Below are positions 55,916 through 64,000 of a stretch of DNA of 64,000 nucleotides, in pieces (the stretch's first letter is position 1; each line of letters opens with the position of its first letter). The DNA comes from Candidatus Iainarchaeum sp. (GTDB lineage: Archaea; Iainarchaeota; Iainarchaeia; Iainarchaeales; JACQJH01), in the NCBI GenBank assembly GCA_016205145.1, contig JACQJH010000001.1:451501-515500 (forward strand). The letters are read 5' to 3'. A program made the translations under genes and the position numbers. The notes below the pieces were generated by a model. The model had not been told where the DNA came from and did not search any database. It was given only the letters and a program-made list of their open reading frames with translations.

Positions 55916-56514
55916 CCTCTACACCGGATGAAACAACAACGCTTGAAGAGAGCAGGCGAGTTTCGGAATTGAAGCACCTGAGCAAGGAAGCTTTTTTGAT
56001 ACAGATTACCGCAACGGAAAAGAAGATTCAGGAAGCTTTAGTAGCTGTGAAAAAACTCCATGCCAATGCCGAAATTATTTTGCAGGGAACCGCACTTGGC
56101 AAATTTGGAAAACTCGCAGACAAAGCTTTTACAGTTCTTCAAAAAAATGGCCAATTTTCAACAAACGATGCTAGCAAATTTGGCGTATTTGGTTCAAGAG
56201 ACCTGGACAAACTCTTCACTGAAATCTCAAAACGTTATCCTGAAGTGCGAACACAAAAAACCACGTTGTACGGCTCCAACCAGAAAATTCGGGTCGCAGT
56301 AATTGACGTACACGAGTTCGAAAAGGCAAAATCTGGGCCTTACAATGACATTCGCAATTTTGTCGTTGAGAAAAATCCGACACGTGACCAACTCATTGAA
56401 AAGTTTGGCTGGGGCGAAAAAGTCGCTAATGATACAATCGCATTGCTTGCGCGGAAGGGAATGCTTTGCTGGTCAGATGGCAGATATTCCTGGGAGGACG
56501 CTCAACTAGTCTGA
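55912..56514 (+). CDS. Hypothetical element protein of 200 aa.
   Basis: It is translationally coupled to the upstream ORF. No motif was recognised. Confidence 0.3.
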   Translation: MTSTPDETTTLEESRRVSELKHLSKEAFLIQITATEKKIQEALVAVKKLHANAEIILQGTALGKFGKLADKAFTVLQKNGQFSTNDASKFGVFGSRDLDKLFTEISKRYPEVRTQKTTLYGSNQKIRVAVIDVHEFEKAKSGPYNDIRNFVVEKNPTRDQLIEKFGWGEKVANDTIALLARKGMLCWSDGRYSWEDAQLV

Positions 56515-57178
56515 GGGAGTTGGGTTGTTGTAGAGTAGTATAGTAGAGTTGAAAACATATATCTCAACTAACTCCCCCCTACTTAGTTGGGTACGTTATA
56601 GGTCTATGAAAAATTATGAGAGAAAAGGAATGTTCCCAACTGGTTAAGGGGAGTTGGGTATTTTGTAAGGTGTTTTTGTGAAAAAGTCTGAAACTCAGCT
56701 TGTCCGAACAAACCTTTTGTTGCCTGAGTCTTGCCGGGCTGTGTTGAGGTTAGTTGGCTCTGGTAGCTTGTCAAAAGGTTGCAGAATTTTGGCACAGCAG
56801 GCGATTAAAACAGAGTTTGCGGCTGGCAGGCCGCGAAAATTTGACGGCGGGAAAGGCAAGGAAAATGTTGCGCATTACCACACTGGTTTTCAGAGTGCTT
56901 TCGATATACTTGAACAGCAAAAGAAGGTGGTTGGTTGAATAAAAAGAAGCGGCAAAGGCGTGTGCAGGAGTTTCTGTTTTTGGACGAGCCAACGCCCACA
57001 GCCTTGTTCCTGAAGCTGAACCGGCTTTCAAGGCAAGGCTGGCGAACCGAAATTACTGACGTCCACCATACCGAGTTTTTCCGTTCCTGCACGGCTGTTG
57101 TTTCGTGGCGTCGTGTCATGCCGCGTTTTAGCATTTCCTACACGGGAAAGGGAAACTGAAGTCAAAGGAGGACTGACT

Positions 57179-57544
57179 ATGAAAAATGCAGAAATTAAGA
57201 AAACAAAAGAAGAAACGCCATCAACCCTTGGGAACGAAACGTCTGATGAGGAAGCCGAACCAGGGCCGAAACCCAAAGGCAGGCCGCCGAAATCTTCCAT
57301 AAAAATCGAAGGCGAACCGCAGCAGGACGCGTGCGAAAAAATGCAGCAGTTGGCAATTTGTTTGACCTCGATTGACATGAGCAAGCTTTCATGGCTGAAG
57401 AGGAAAGGCCATTTTTCATACCTGTCCGAAACGATGCGGGAACTCGTGCGTGCCGAGTTTTTGCGGCTGCACCCCGAACCACCATTGTGGCCGGATGATA
57501 GTGTTTGGAAGAAACAGGGGAAGGACAAGACGACGGTTGGTTGA
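57179..57544 (+). CDS. Hypothetical protein with an AT-hook-like GRP motif (PKPKGRPPKSS).
   Basis: A GGAGG RBS precedes the ATG at 57179. Confidence 0.3.
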   Translation: MKNAEIKKTKEETPSTLGNETSDEEAEPGPKPKGRPPKSSIKIEGEPQQDACEKMQQLAICLTSIDMSKLSWLKRKGHFSYLSETMRELVRAEFLRLHPEPPLWPDDSVWKKQGKDKTTVG

Positions 57545-59097
57545 GGCAAGAAGGTGGTTTGTTTGGTGAAATCGAGGCGAAAGCTGCTCAACGAACTCGG
57601 CGGCTTGAGGCGCAGCAATAACGCTTTGAAAAGCGAGCTTGACGCATTAAGATTGCCGGAAGGCGAGCTTTGGCGCAAGGCGCATACATTGTTTCAAGAA
57701 AACCTGCGGCTTCGTGCAGAATTGGAACAGATACGAAAACAGAGGGCTAGTTTCCCATGAAACCCGCAGCAATCGCACAGGATTCACACAACTTCTGACA
57801 GGATTGCAACCAAAACAGACCTTTTTGGGCGTTTTTCAGTCATTTTAAGCCCATTTTGGGCTTGTTTTGAAGCCTTTTCCGGCTGCTTTCTCGGCCGGTG
57901 AGGGGTGTGTGTGAGATGCTTTTTGCTGGGCTACTTTTATCTGTAAACCCCATTAAATGATTCGCAAAGTAATTTGACGATTACCAAAAAAATTTTTTTC
58001 GATGGCAACTGCTGCCGCAATAGCATTTGTTTAGGGTGGTTGGATGGCTCGGAAAATCATTGGGCGATACCTATTATCGAGAGGTGTCTCTATTATTGGC
58101 CGGTCAAAAATCAAAAACAAAGCCAATTTTCCAAAAAATTTTCAGAAAACCGAGTATCGACTCGACGAAAAGAAAAGCGTTTACTTGCAATGGGCTGAAA
58201 TCAGGGATGCGTGGGTTAACTTCCAAAGCCTCGATGACCTGACCACTTGGCTGGAAGACATTTTGCCTAACGCTTCCGGCAAATATTATATCAGATGCTT
58301 CGCTGAATGGCACGCGTTCATTCCCCAGCCAACCACAAAGAAACGGTTGAAAAGAAAACGCGGCCGACCGTTCAGCAAAAAGGAAAGAAAGTTTAGAATT
58401 GGTTGGGACATCATTTGTGCCTTTGCCATAGAATCCGGCACGGTAATGAGAGTCTTCGCGCACAAGCGAGGCAAAACCGATTATTCGCCGAAGCGGCGGA
58501 ATGCTTACTGGCTTTTGGGTGCAATCCAAGACCAGAAGGAAGGCAAGCATGTCTTCGACCAGATTTAAAGGCGGGCAAAGCCTACATGCTTTTTTCGCAA
58601 ACCATTTGCCTTCAACCCGCAACGCCCTGCCCCGCAAACGGTTAAGGCATTGCCAGCAAGGGAGTTTAGTAGAAAAGCCCCGCATTTGCCTTCAAGCCAA
58701 GCAGGAGCGCGGGCGCAAAAGCCTTGCAGTTGAAATTAAGCCATGCCAACAAAAGATTAACCATGCTGGCTGCGCGTCCATAAAATCATTTGCGAAAATC
58801 GCAAGCCAAAAGGGCAGGAGTTGTGAGGCCATTTCTCATTAAGGCCTTAACACTTTTGAAAAGCGTTGACGAATACAAGCCCTTTCCCGAAAACCCTTTC
58901 GACTATTCCAGCCAGCCCCTTGTGCAGAAAAGCCCCACAGAAGGCTTCAAGGCTTTCCACTTCACCGGCGAAAAATGCCTAAAGAATAGTTCAACATATG
59001 CAGCAAAAACATTGCGCTTTTGAAAAGTGTTTGCCTTTCAATCAAAAGCCTTCAACGCTTCTCTAAAGGGTCAATTGTTTTTCATTCATTTCTCGTT

Positions 59098-59946
59098 TTA
59101 TTGGAGTTGCACTTCAATTGGAATTGCTATTTCTGGAGTGCCACAAATAATAGAATATGGCGTCACTGAGTTGTCAACTTGTCCAACACAAATGGTAACT
59201 GAGCCTGCTTCATTCTGGCTTGTAGAGCCATAACTCGAATAAGCTATTTTTAGTACAGTGCTTTGTTTTGGTCTTAAATTATATAACTCATCTTCGAACC
59301 CTATAATACCAACGTTATGCGATGTGCTATTAATTGACGTTCTAATGCCCTGCACCTCAAAATCAGAATCGTTTGTTATTGTAAGTGTTTTTTCATCCTT
59401 ATAGACCGTTTCTTTGATACTTGGTTCGTTTGGATAAACCGGCATGCTTTTCGGAGTCAAATCAATTTTTTTCGGGGCGACTTCCAGTTTTATTTCTGGC
59501 GGTGGAATTTGGAATGTTTTGCAGTCGGATGAATTAGACACGCAATAACGGATAGGGGAAATTTCTAGAGACTCTGATTGCAACAGTATGCCAATGAGAG
59601 AAGCTGAACAAACACTTTGTGGTTCACAAGAAATAGTGGTTGGCAAAGAGTCCACCGCGCTAATGCTATCATAATATATATTTAGCTCAATAGCTTTACC
59701 TTCATTTGACTTATTTTCAAATTTTACCTCTGCTGTTCCAATGGGTCTTATATCTTGTTTTGCGCCTATCGCCGCCATATCAATTGGATAGATAGATTTC
59801 CAGTTTGCCCCTTTAAATTCAATCGAGTCTATTTTAGGTTGGGCTTGTTGGATACAGCCGGTTAAAAAAATTCCTGTCAAAAAGACTGCAATCAAGATTA
59901 GCAAAATATTCCGGCCAGGTCCTAATTTTTCCCAATTATTGTTCAT
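59098..59946 (-). CDS. Secreted or lipoprotein-like element protein.
   Basis: N-terminal TM/signal with LTGC. The domain is beta-rich and Ser/Thr-rich. Confidence 0.35.
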   Translation of the reverse strand: MNNNWEKLGPGRNILLILIAVFLTGIFLTGCIQQAQPKIDSIEFKGANWKSIYPIDMAAIGAKQDIRPIGTAEVKFENKSNEGKAIELNIYYDSISAVDSLPTTISCEPQSVCSASLIGILLQSESLEISPIRYCVSNSSDCKTFQIPPPEIKLEVAPKKIDLTPKSMPVYPNEPSIKETVYKDEKTLTITNDSDFEVQGIRTSINSTSHNVGIIGFEDELYNLRPKQSTVLKIAYSSYGSTSQNEAGSVTICVGQVDNSVTPYSIICGTPEIAIPIEVQLQ

Positions 59947-60035
59947 TATACCACACTCTTATTGTCAAAACCCAGTATAAATATGTTACGTTACTGTTAC
60001 TCTGGCTTTAATTTAGGGGTTCAGTCACTAATTCT

Positions 60036-60284
60036 ATGTCTGAGTATGACCTGTTGGCGCAGATTAGGCGCGGCAAGATTAAACCCCAAATCCTTAAGCT
60101 TTTACAAGAACCAAAAACGCCAACAGACTTGAAAAAGATTATCGGAGCCCATAGAGAAACAATCAGCAGAGCAATACTCGAAATGGAAGAAAAAGGCCTA
60201 GTAACTTGTCTGAACCCAAAACAACCAAACTTTAGGTACTATCAAATTACAAACAAAGGAAAAAACCTATTGAAGAAAGTATGA
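60036..60284 (+). CDS. Small winged-HTH (ArsR/MarR-like) regulator.
   Basis: ILKLLQEPKTPTDLKKIIGAHRETISRAILEMEEKGLV. Confidence 0.45.
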   Translation: MSEYDLLAQIRRGKIKPQILKLLQEPKTPTDLKKIIGAHRETISRAILEMEEKGLVTCLNPKQPNFRYYQITNKGKNLLKKV

Positions 60285-60302
60285 GAATTTCTTATTTGCA
60301 CC

Positions 60303-61265
60303 CTAGTTAAGTAATTTTTCGCATTCTGCACTTGATTCACGCCATATACAAAATGTTACTTCTTTTTCTAGGGGGTATGACTGTTCTGTGCAATTTTCAC
60401 AATAGAGGGATACATTTAATTTGTGTAAGCCCACGGGGACGTTTTCTGGGTTACACTTTTGTTTATGTGCCCCGTCTGGCCTCTCGCTGCAGGCATTGAA
60501 TGAAATTTTCATATCTCTTTTTGTGCTTTCTAATCCGCTTAGGTTTTGGATAGTACTTTCTAGTATTTGTGGCCAGAAAATGCTATTTACGCCATTGCTG
60601 TCCTTCTCATTTGCAAGCATAGTAATTATTCCGGTATCTGTAATACCAAGATTTTGCAGTTTAAGTTTTAACCAACCGCCCGAGATTTGTTTATAATTCC
60701 CATTTTCATCAGTTTCAAATTTTGCTATTTCGCTGGCACTAAAAAATAAATCTGTTTTTTCGTCACCAAAACTTGTTTGCAAGTATGGAATGATATGTGG
60801 CGTTCTATCTAAAGTTGTGGCTAAAAGCCGTGTTTGATTCGACATCTCTTCAACTGTTTTCTTGTTTTCATTTAAAAAAGAGGCATTGAAGTATGCGCCC
60901 ACGAGAAGCGCGGCTAGAGTTATTACTGCAACTACTTTTGAAATATTTAAAGAAAAATTCGCAATCTTTGAATTTTCTTCTGCTTTGTCAGCTAGTTTTT
61001 TTGCCGATTCTGCAATTTGTTTTGTTTCTTCCACCATACTTTTTGTTGCAGCTATATTTCTATCTTGTCTTTCTAGTGAGTGCCAAAATTTTCTTTTATT
61101 ATCTTCGGCTTTGAAAGGCTCAGCCCTGCTATCTGTGAGTTTGTAGGCAAAACGAACAACTAATTCGACTTCTTCGTCTGTGCAATCGGACATGTTTCTT
61201 TTGCCAGTCACTACACTGTTAGCAATCTCAATAGCTCTGTTTTCGTCACTGAGCATAAAAATCAA
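60303..61265 (-). CDS. Membrane/coiled-coil protein with a C-terminal Cys-rich module.
   Basis: A TM helix, a long alpha-helical region, and a C-terminus CSERPDG...CNPEN...CENC...FCIW...C. Confidence 0.35.
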   Translation of the reverse strand: MIFMLSDENRAIEIANSVVTGKRNMSDCTDEEVELVVRFAYKLTDSRAEPFKAEDNKRKFWHSLERQDRNIAATKSMVEETKQIAESAKKLADKAEENSKIANFSLNISKVVAVITLAALLVGAYFNASFLNENKKTVEEMSNQTRLLATTLDRTPHIIPYLQTSFGDEKTDLFFSASEIAKFETDENGNYKQISGGWLKLKLQNLGITDTGIITMLANEKDSNGVNSIFWPQILESTIQNLSGLESTKRDMKISFNACSERPDGAHKQKCNPENVPVGLHKLNVSLYCENCTEQSYPLEKEVTFCIWRESSAECEKLLN

Positions 61266-61270
61266 TTAAA

Positions 61271-61831
61271 CTATGTTAAATCAAGTAAGTCCGTTTTGTT
61301 AGCAAGGTTGAGTAGGCCAGTGGAAAAAACCCAAGACGCAATCGCTAATGTGCCAAGTCCTGCCACTGCCAATATAACTTTGGCGATAAAAATTACTTGT
61401 GCTACAATAACCTGATTACTAAACAGCAACATTAATTTTACTAGAGGACTTTGATTAAACTCAGTTGTCGATAAATAAATTGTAGCATTAAAAAAAATTA
61501 ATCCGAAAATAAAAAGAATGGTGGAAGTAAAAAAGTTTTTTCCAGATTCTGTCGCAATTGTCTTTTGTTTTTTTTCATTCACTGCTCTGCTAAATTCAAA
61601 ACTTAGGAGGCTAAATGTTGTTGAAACAACAATTGCTGCTTCCCATAGCACGAAATATTCGGCAAATTCGTTCAATCTATTTATGTCTGGAATTAATCTA
61701 AGGATAAACGCAAATATTGCCAACGTAACTAAGCCGGCAATCATAACTGCCGACAATTTAATGGCAATTTTTATAATTTTGTTTATTTTTTTCTTAATAT
61801 TGGACTTGTCGAACTTTTTCAATAAAAACAC
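61271..61831 (-). CDS. Polytopic membrane protein (AT-rich cargo).
   Basis: Multiple hydrophobic helices. Confidence 0.35.
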   Translation of the reverse strand: MFLLKKFDKSNIKKKINKIIKIAIKLSAVMIAGLVTLAIFAFILRLIPDINRLNEFAEYFVLWEAAIVVSTTFSLLSFEFSRAVNEKKQKTIATESGKNFFTSTILFIFGLIFFNATIYLSTTEFNQSPLVKLMLLFSNQVIVAQVIFIAKVILAVAGLGTLAIASWVFSTGLLNLANKTDLLDLT

Positions 61832-61877
61832 CTATTAATTTGGTTGAAATTTACGATTCAAATACGAAAATCAACAA

Positions 61878-62615
61878 TTATACTTTCAAAATGTATTGTT
61901 TATCCTTCTTTGTCCAGCGGCCTTTTAGGATTATTGGGTGCGCTCCTTTTTCGACATATTTGCCAGAATAATAGTTTAAATCTGCGCTTTCTCCAACGTC
62001 TAAAATTGCTACAATCAAGTCAGGATAAAAGTTTGTATATTCTTCTATTTGTGCCATTAGATTTCGCAAAACATTGTTGTTTTTTGCTATTTTGACTTCA
62101 ATGCCAATTCTTCTGTTTATGACCATGTCTATTTTTTCGCCATGCTCTAATGGCACTTCAGGTTCAACCTGCCAATGCGGTTTGCTTGCTTTTAACAATG
62201 TTTCCAAAACAAATGACAATTCCCGTTCATTTTGAAAAATTCTATCAGACTCAAATTTTTTTAATATCCCAAGTATTTCTAACACTTCTGAATCAATTGG
62301 TGTTTTTCTTTTGTAAACCCACAAATTAGCCCATTTATCAATACGCTCCATATCGGCCATAAGTCCTTTGAAAAAAGACACTGTTGGTATTGATAATAGG
62401 AATAATCCTAAAAGCAAGCTCAATAGGCTACTAACAAAATCTGTTTTGAACCCACCCCAACCAAAAATTCCAGCTAAACCCAAAAATACCGATATGACAC
62501 CAATAGCTAGTAAAACAACAAAAAGTTCTGTTTTGGTTATCTTTTTTTGTCGTTTTGAGGGTGTGTTATTCCATGTATTTTTAGGCCTGCGCGCAAATGA
62601 TTTGAACCTGCCCAT
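61878..62615 (-). CDS. Membrane-anchored protein with a PD-(D/E)xK nuclease-like C-terminal motif.
   Basis: N-terminal TMs. The C-terminal GEKIDMVINRRIGIEVK has the D...E.K arrangement. Confidence 0.35.
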   Translation of the reverse strand: MGRFKSFARRPKNTWNNTPSKRQKKITKTELFVVLLAIGVISVFLGLAGIFGWGGFKTDFVSSLLSLLLGLFLLSIPTVSFFKGLMADMERIDKWANLWVYKRKTPIDSEVLEILGILKKFESDRIFQNERELSFVLETLLKASKPHWQVEPEVPLEHGEKIDMVINRRIGIEVKIAKNNNVLRNLMAQIEEYTNFYPDLIVAILDVGESADLNYYSGKYVEKGAHPIILKGRWTKKDKQYILKV

Positions 62616-63045
62616 CTGCCAAAATTATGTCCTTCTAGTTAAAAAGTTTTTCGGCATTATTGGCTGTGGCTTTAAAGTTGTAGGTTGCATTTGAGCATTT
62701 AACAATTCAGTACAAGCAGAGTTAAAGTTCTCGCAATTCATAGTTTCCGGTCTTGTTTAAAACCCATTCTAGCTTTTGTCCGGCTTGCCAGCCTTTGGCC
62801 TTGACAAGCGGTGGCGCGATTGTGAGAACAAACGCCCCGCTTTGGTGTTGTTGGAGTTTTGGCATTTCGGTTCACCAAAAAAACTTTATATTAGTATTGA
62901 CATTATATAAGATATAAAAGCAGGGGTTATAACGTAGAATTGTAATCAATCAGAACGCATTTTTTTATTTCGGCTACCCCGCATCATAATCTGATTCGTC
63001 ACTTGTGCATGGTCGTATTTTCTCTGGTTAATTTTTTTGGCGGCC

Positions 63046-63069
63046 AAAAGTTCTACGCGTAGAACTTTT
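63046..63069. promoter_or_regulatory. Perfect 24-bp palindrome AAAAGTTCTACGCGTAGAACTTTT upstream of the DtxR/MntR-family gene. It is a candidate metalloregulator operator.
   Basis: Exact self-complementarity, 28 nt upstream of the start codon. Confidence 0.45.
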
Positions 63070-63096
63070 TAAGCTTATCTGTGTTCATAGTGCTTT

Positions 63097-63495
63097 ATGG
63101 TTAACCAATCCAGGCTGGATTATGTCCGGGCGATTTTCATTTTGTCCGGCAGGCTGGGCGAGGTTCGCGGCAAGGGCCTGTCGGAATACCTTGGCGTGAG
63201 CAAGAACACTGTTTCGACAATGCTGAAGCGCTTGAGGGCGCAGAAGCTTGTTTTGTATGAAGAGTATGGCGCGGTTTCATTGACAAAGAAGGGCGAGCGG
63301 CTGGCGAAAGACCTTACCGCAAGGCACAGGCTCATAGAGCTTTTTCTTACCAGGGTTCTCAAGCGCAATCCCAAGACAGTGCATGGCGAGGCCGACCTTT
63401 TGGAGCACGCTTTTTCCGAGCAGAGTTTGAAGTCGATGCGAAAGCTTTTGGGCAATCCCAAGTTTGACCCTCACGGGAAAACAATTTTCGTTTGA
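63097..63495 (+). CDS. mntR: DtxR/MntR-family metal-dependent transcriptional repressor.
   Basis: N-terminal HTH (SEYLGVSKNTVSTMLKRL) and the metal-binding region (HRLIELFL...HGEADLLEH). Confidence 0.8.
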   Translation: MVNQSRLDYVRAIFILSGRLGEVRGKGLSEYLGVSKNTVSTMLKRLRAQKLVLYEEYGAVSLTKKGERLAKDLTARHRLIELFLTRVLKRNPKTVHGEADLLEHAFSEQSLKSMRKLLGNPKFDPHGKTIFV

Positions 63496-63507
63496 GGCTG
63501 ATTTTGG

Positions 63508-64000
63508 ATGGTTTTACAACGCCTAAACAGGTTTACAGAGGCCTTGGGCAGGGTTTTGTCGAAGTTTCGCGTGTTCTCGGATCCGAAATTTTGGGCGTTT
63601 TTCGGCACCGGCCTGATTGTCAGCGTCGCGTACATGGATCCGGGCAATTGGGGAACCTCGATTGCGGCCGGCTCGGTTTACAATTACAGCCTGCTTTGGG
63701 CTATCTGGCTTGCAAGTGGAATGGCAATGCTTTTCCAGTATTTGTCCGGAAAAATGGGGATTGCAGGCTATTCTCTTGCCGAAGTCATTCATCTGCGCTG
63801 GAAAAACAGGTCGCTTGTGCTTGTTTATTGGCTGCTTGCAGAAGCCGCCATTCTTGCAACCGATCTTGCTGAGTTTTTGGGAATCGTCGTTGCACTAAAC
63901 CTTCTGTTCGGCGTGCCCTTGCTTTTAGGCGCGTTCATAGCAATGCTTGACGTCCTGTTGCTTTTGTTCCTTGCCTCCAAGAGCTTTCGCGCAATCGAAT
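63508..64000 (+). CDS. mntH: Nramp-family divalent metal (Mn2+/Fe2+) transporter MntH. The N-terminal part runs off the window end.
   Basis: GTGLIVSVAYMDPGNWGTSIAAGSVYNYSLLW is the Nramp DPGN signature. There is no stop codon before 64000. Confidence 0.85.
   Translation, partial: MVLQRLNRFTEALGRVLSKFRVFSDPKFWAFFGTGLIVSVAYMDPGNWGTSIAAGSVYNYSLLWAIWLASGMAMLFQYLSGKMGIAGYSLAEVIHLRWKNRSLVLVYWLLAEAAILATDLAEFLGIVVALNLLFGVPLLLGAFIAMLDVLLLLFLASKSFRAIE

Larger units (their letters stand above)
53027..62983 (+). mobile_element. Integrated element of about 10 kb (provirus- or integrative-plasmid-like) inserted at the 3' end of tRNA-Leu(GAG). Its boundaries are approximate.
   Basis: A tyrosine integrase is adjacent to the tRNA. 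An 11-bp direct repeat GCTACCCCGCA occurs at the tRNA 3' end (53016-53026) and at 62973-62983. The interior is mosaic, lower-GC, full of small DNA-binding and membrane ORFs, and lacks the trailer module seen after the other tRNAs. Confidence 0.55.

Overview
This is a 64 kb window with roughly 55% GC that looks archaeal. The evidence is intron-containing tRNAs, TATA/BRE-like AT-rich promoters and archaeal-type gene content. No rRNA genes or CRISPR arrays were seen. In order, the window contains: (1) bases 1-13.8 kb: a dense copper and thiol-redox homeostasis island. It has a DsbA-like protein, three paralogous CxxC membrane proteins, a TlpA-like redoxin, a CcdA/DsbD homolog, a multicopper oxidase, a PadR+TRASH regulator, a Met/Gly-rich secreted protein, a cupredoxin, a CopZ homolog, an HMA-fused Met-rich membrane protein and a CopA P1B-ATPase. 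Two operon promoters in the island share a conserved 47-nt motif. (2) serA plus a class V aminotransferase. (3) A wHTH regulator ending in a canonical EF-hand loop, transcribed divergently from a glmS-glmM-acetyltransferase operon. (4) A RelE-like toxin/antitoxin pair. Next to it lies a 1041-aa HerA/DUF87-type ATPase, divergently paired with a 625-aa extremely Cys-rich secreted protein; this is a candidate novel system. (5) A trp operon (trpE, G, D, C, B, A; no trpF). A Doc/Fic toxin gene and two unknown ORFs are translationally coupled into it between trpE and trpG. (6) tRNA-Ala(CGC). (7) A Cys/Met-metabolism PLP enzyme, an MBL hydrolase, an MFS transporter, a glycoside hydrolase, an 849-aa repeat-rich surface protein, MinD, Rpe, Nnr, an FTR1 iron permease with a PAS regulator, a Pif1-like helicase, an AT-rich orphan islet, and guaA. 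(8) A tRNA cluster: tRNA-Ser(UGA) and tRNA-Ser(GGA), both with long homologous palindromic introns; tRNA-Leu(GAG); and an FKBP PPIase. Three tRNAs are followed by a conserved, covarying structured RNA module. (9) A roughly 10 kb integrated element at the 3' end of tRNA-Leu, with a tyrosine integrase and an 11-bp direct repeat. (10) An mntR(DtxR)-mntH locus with a perfect 24-bp palindrome in its promoter. Many long antisense ORFs in the track are GC-driven artefacts. All calls are from reading the sequence and motifs by eye. No database searches were possible.
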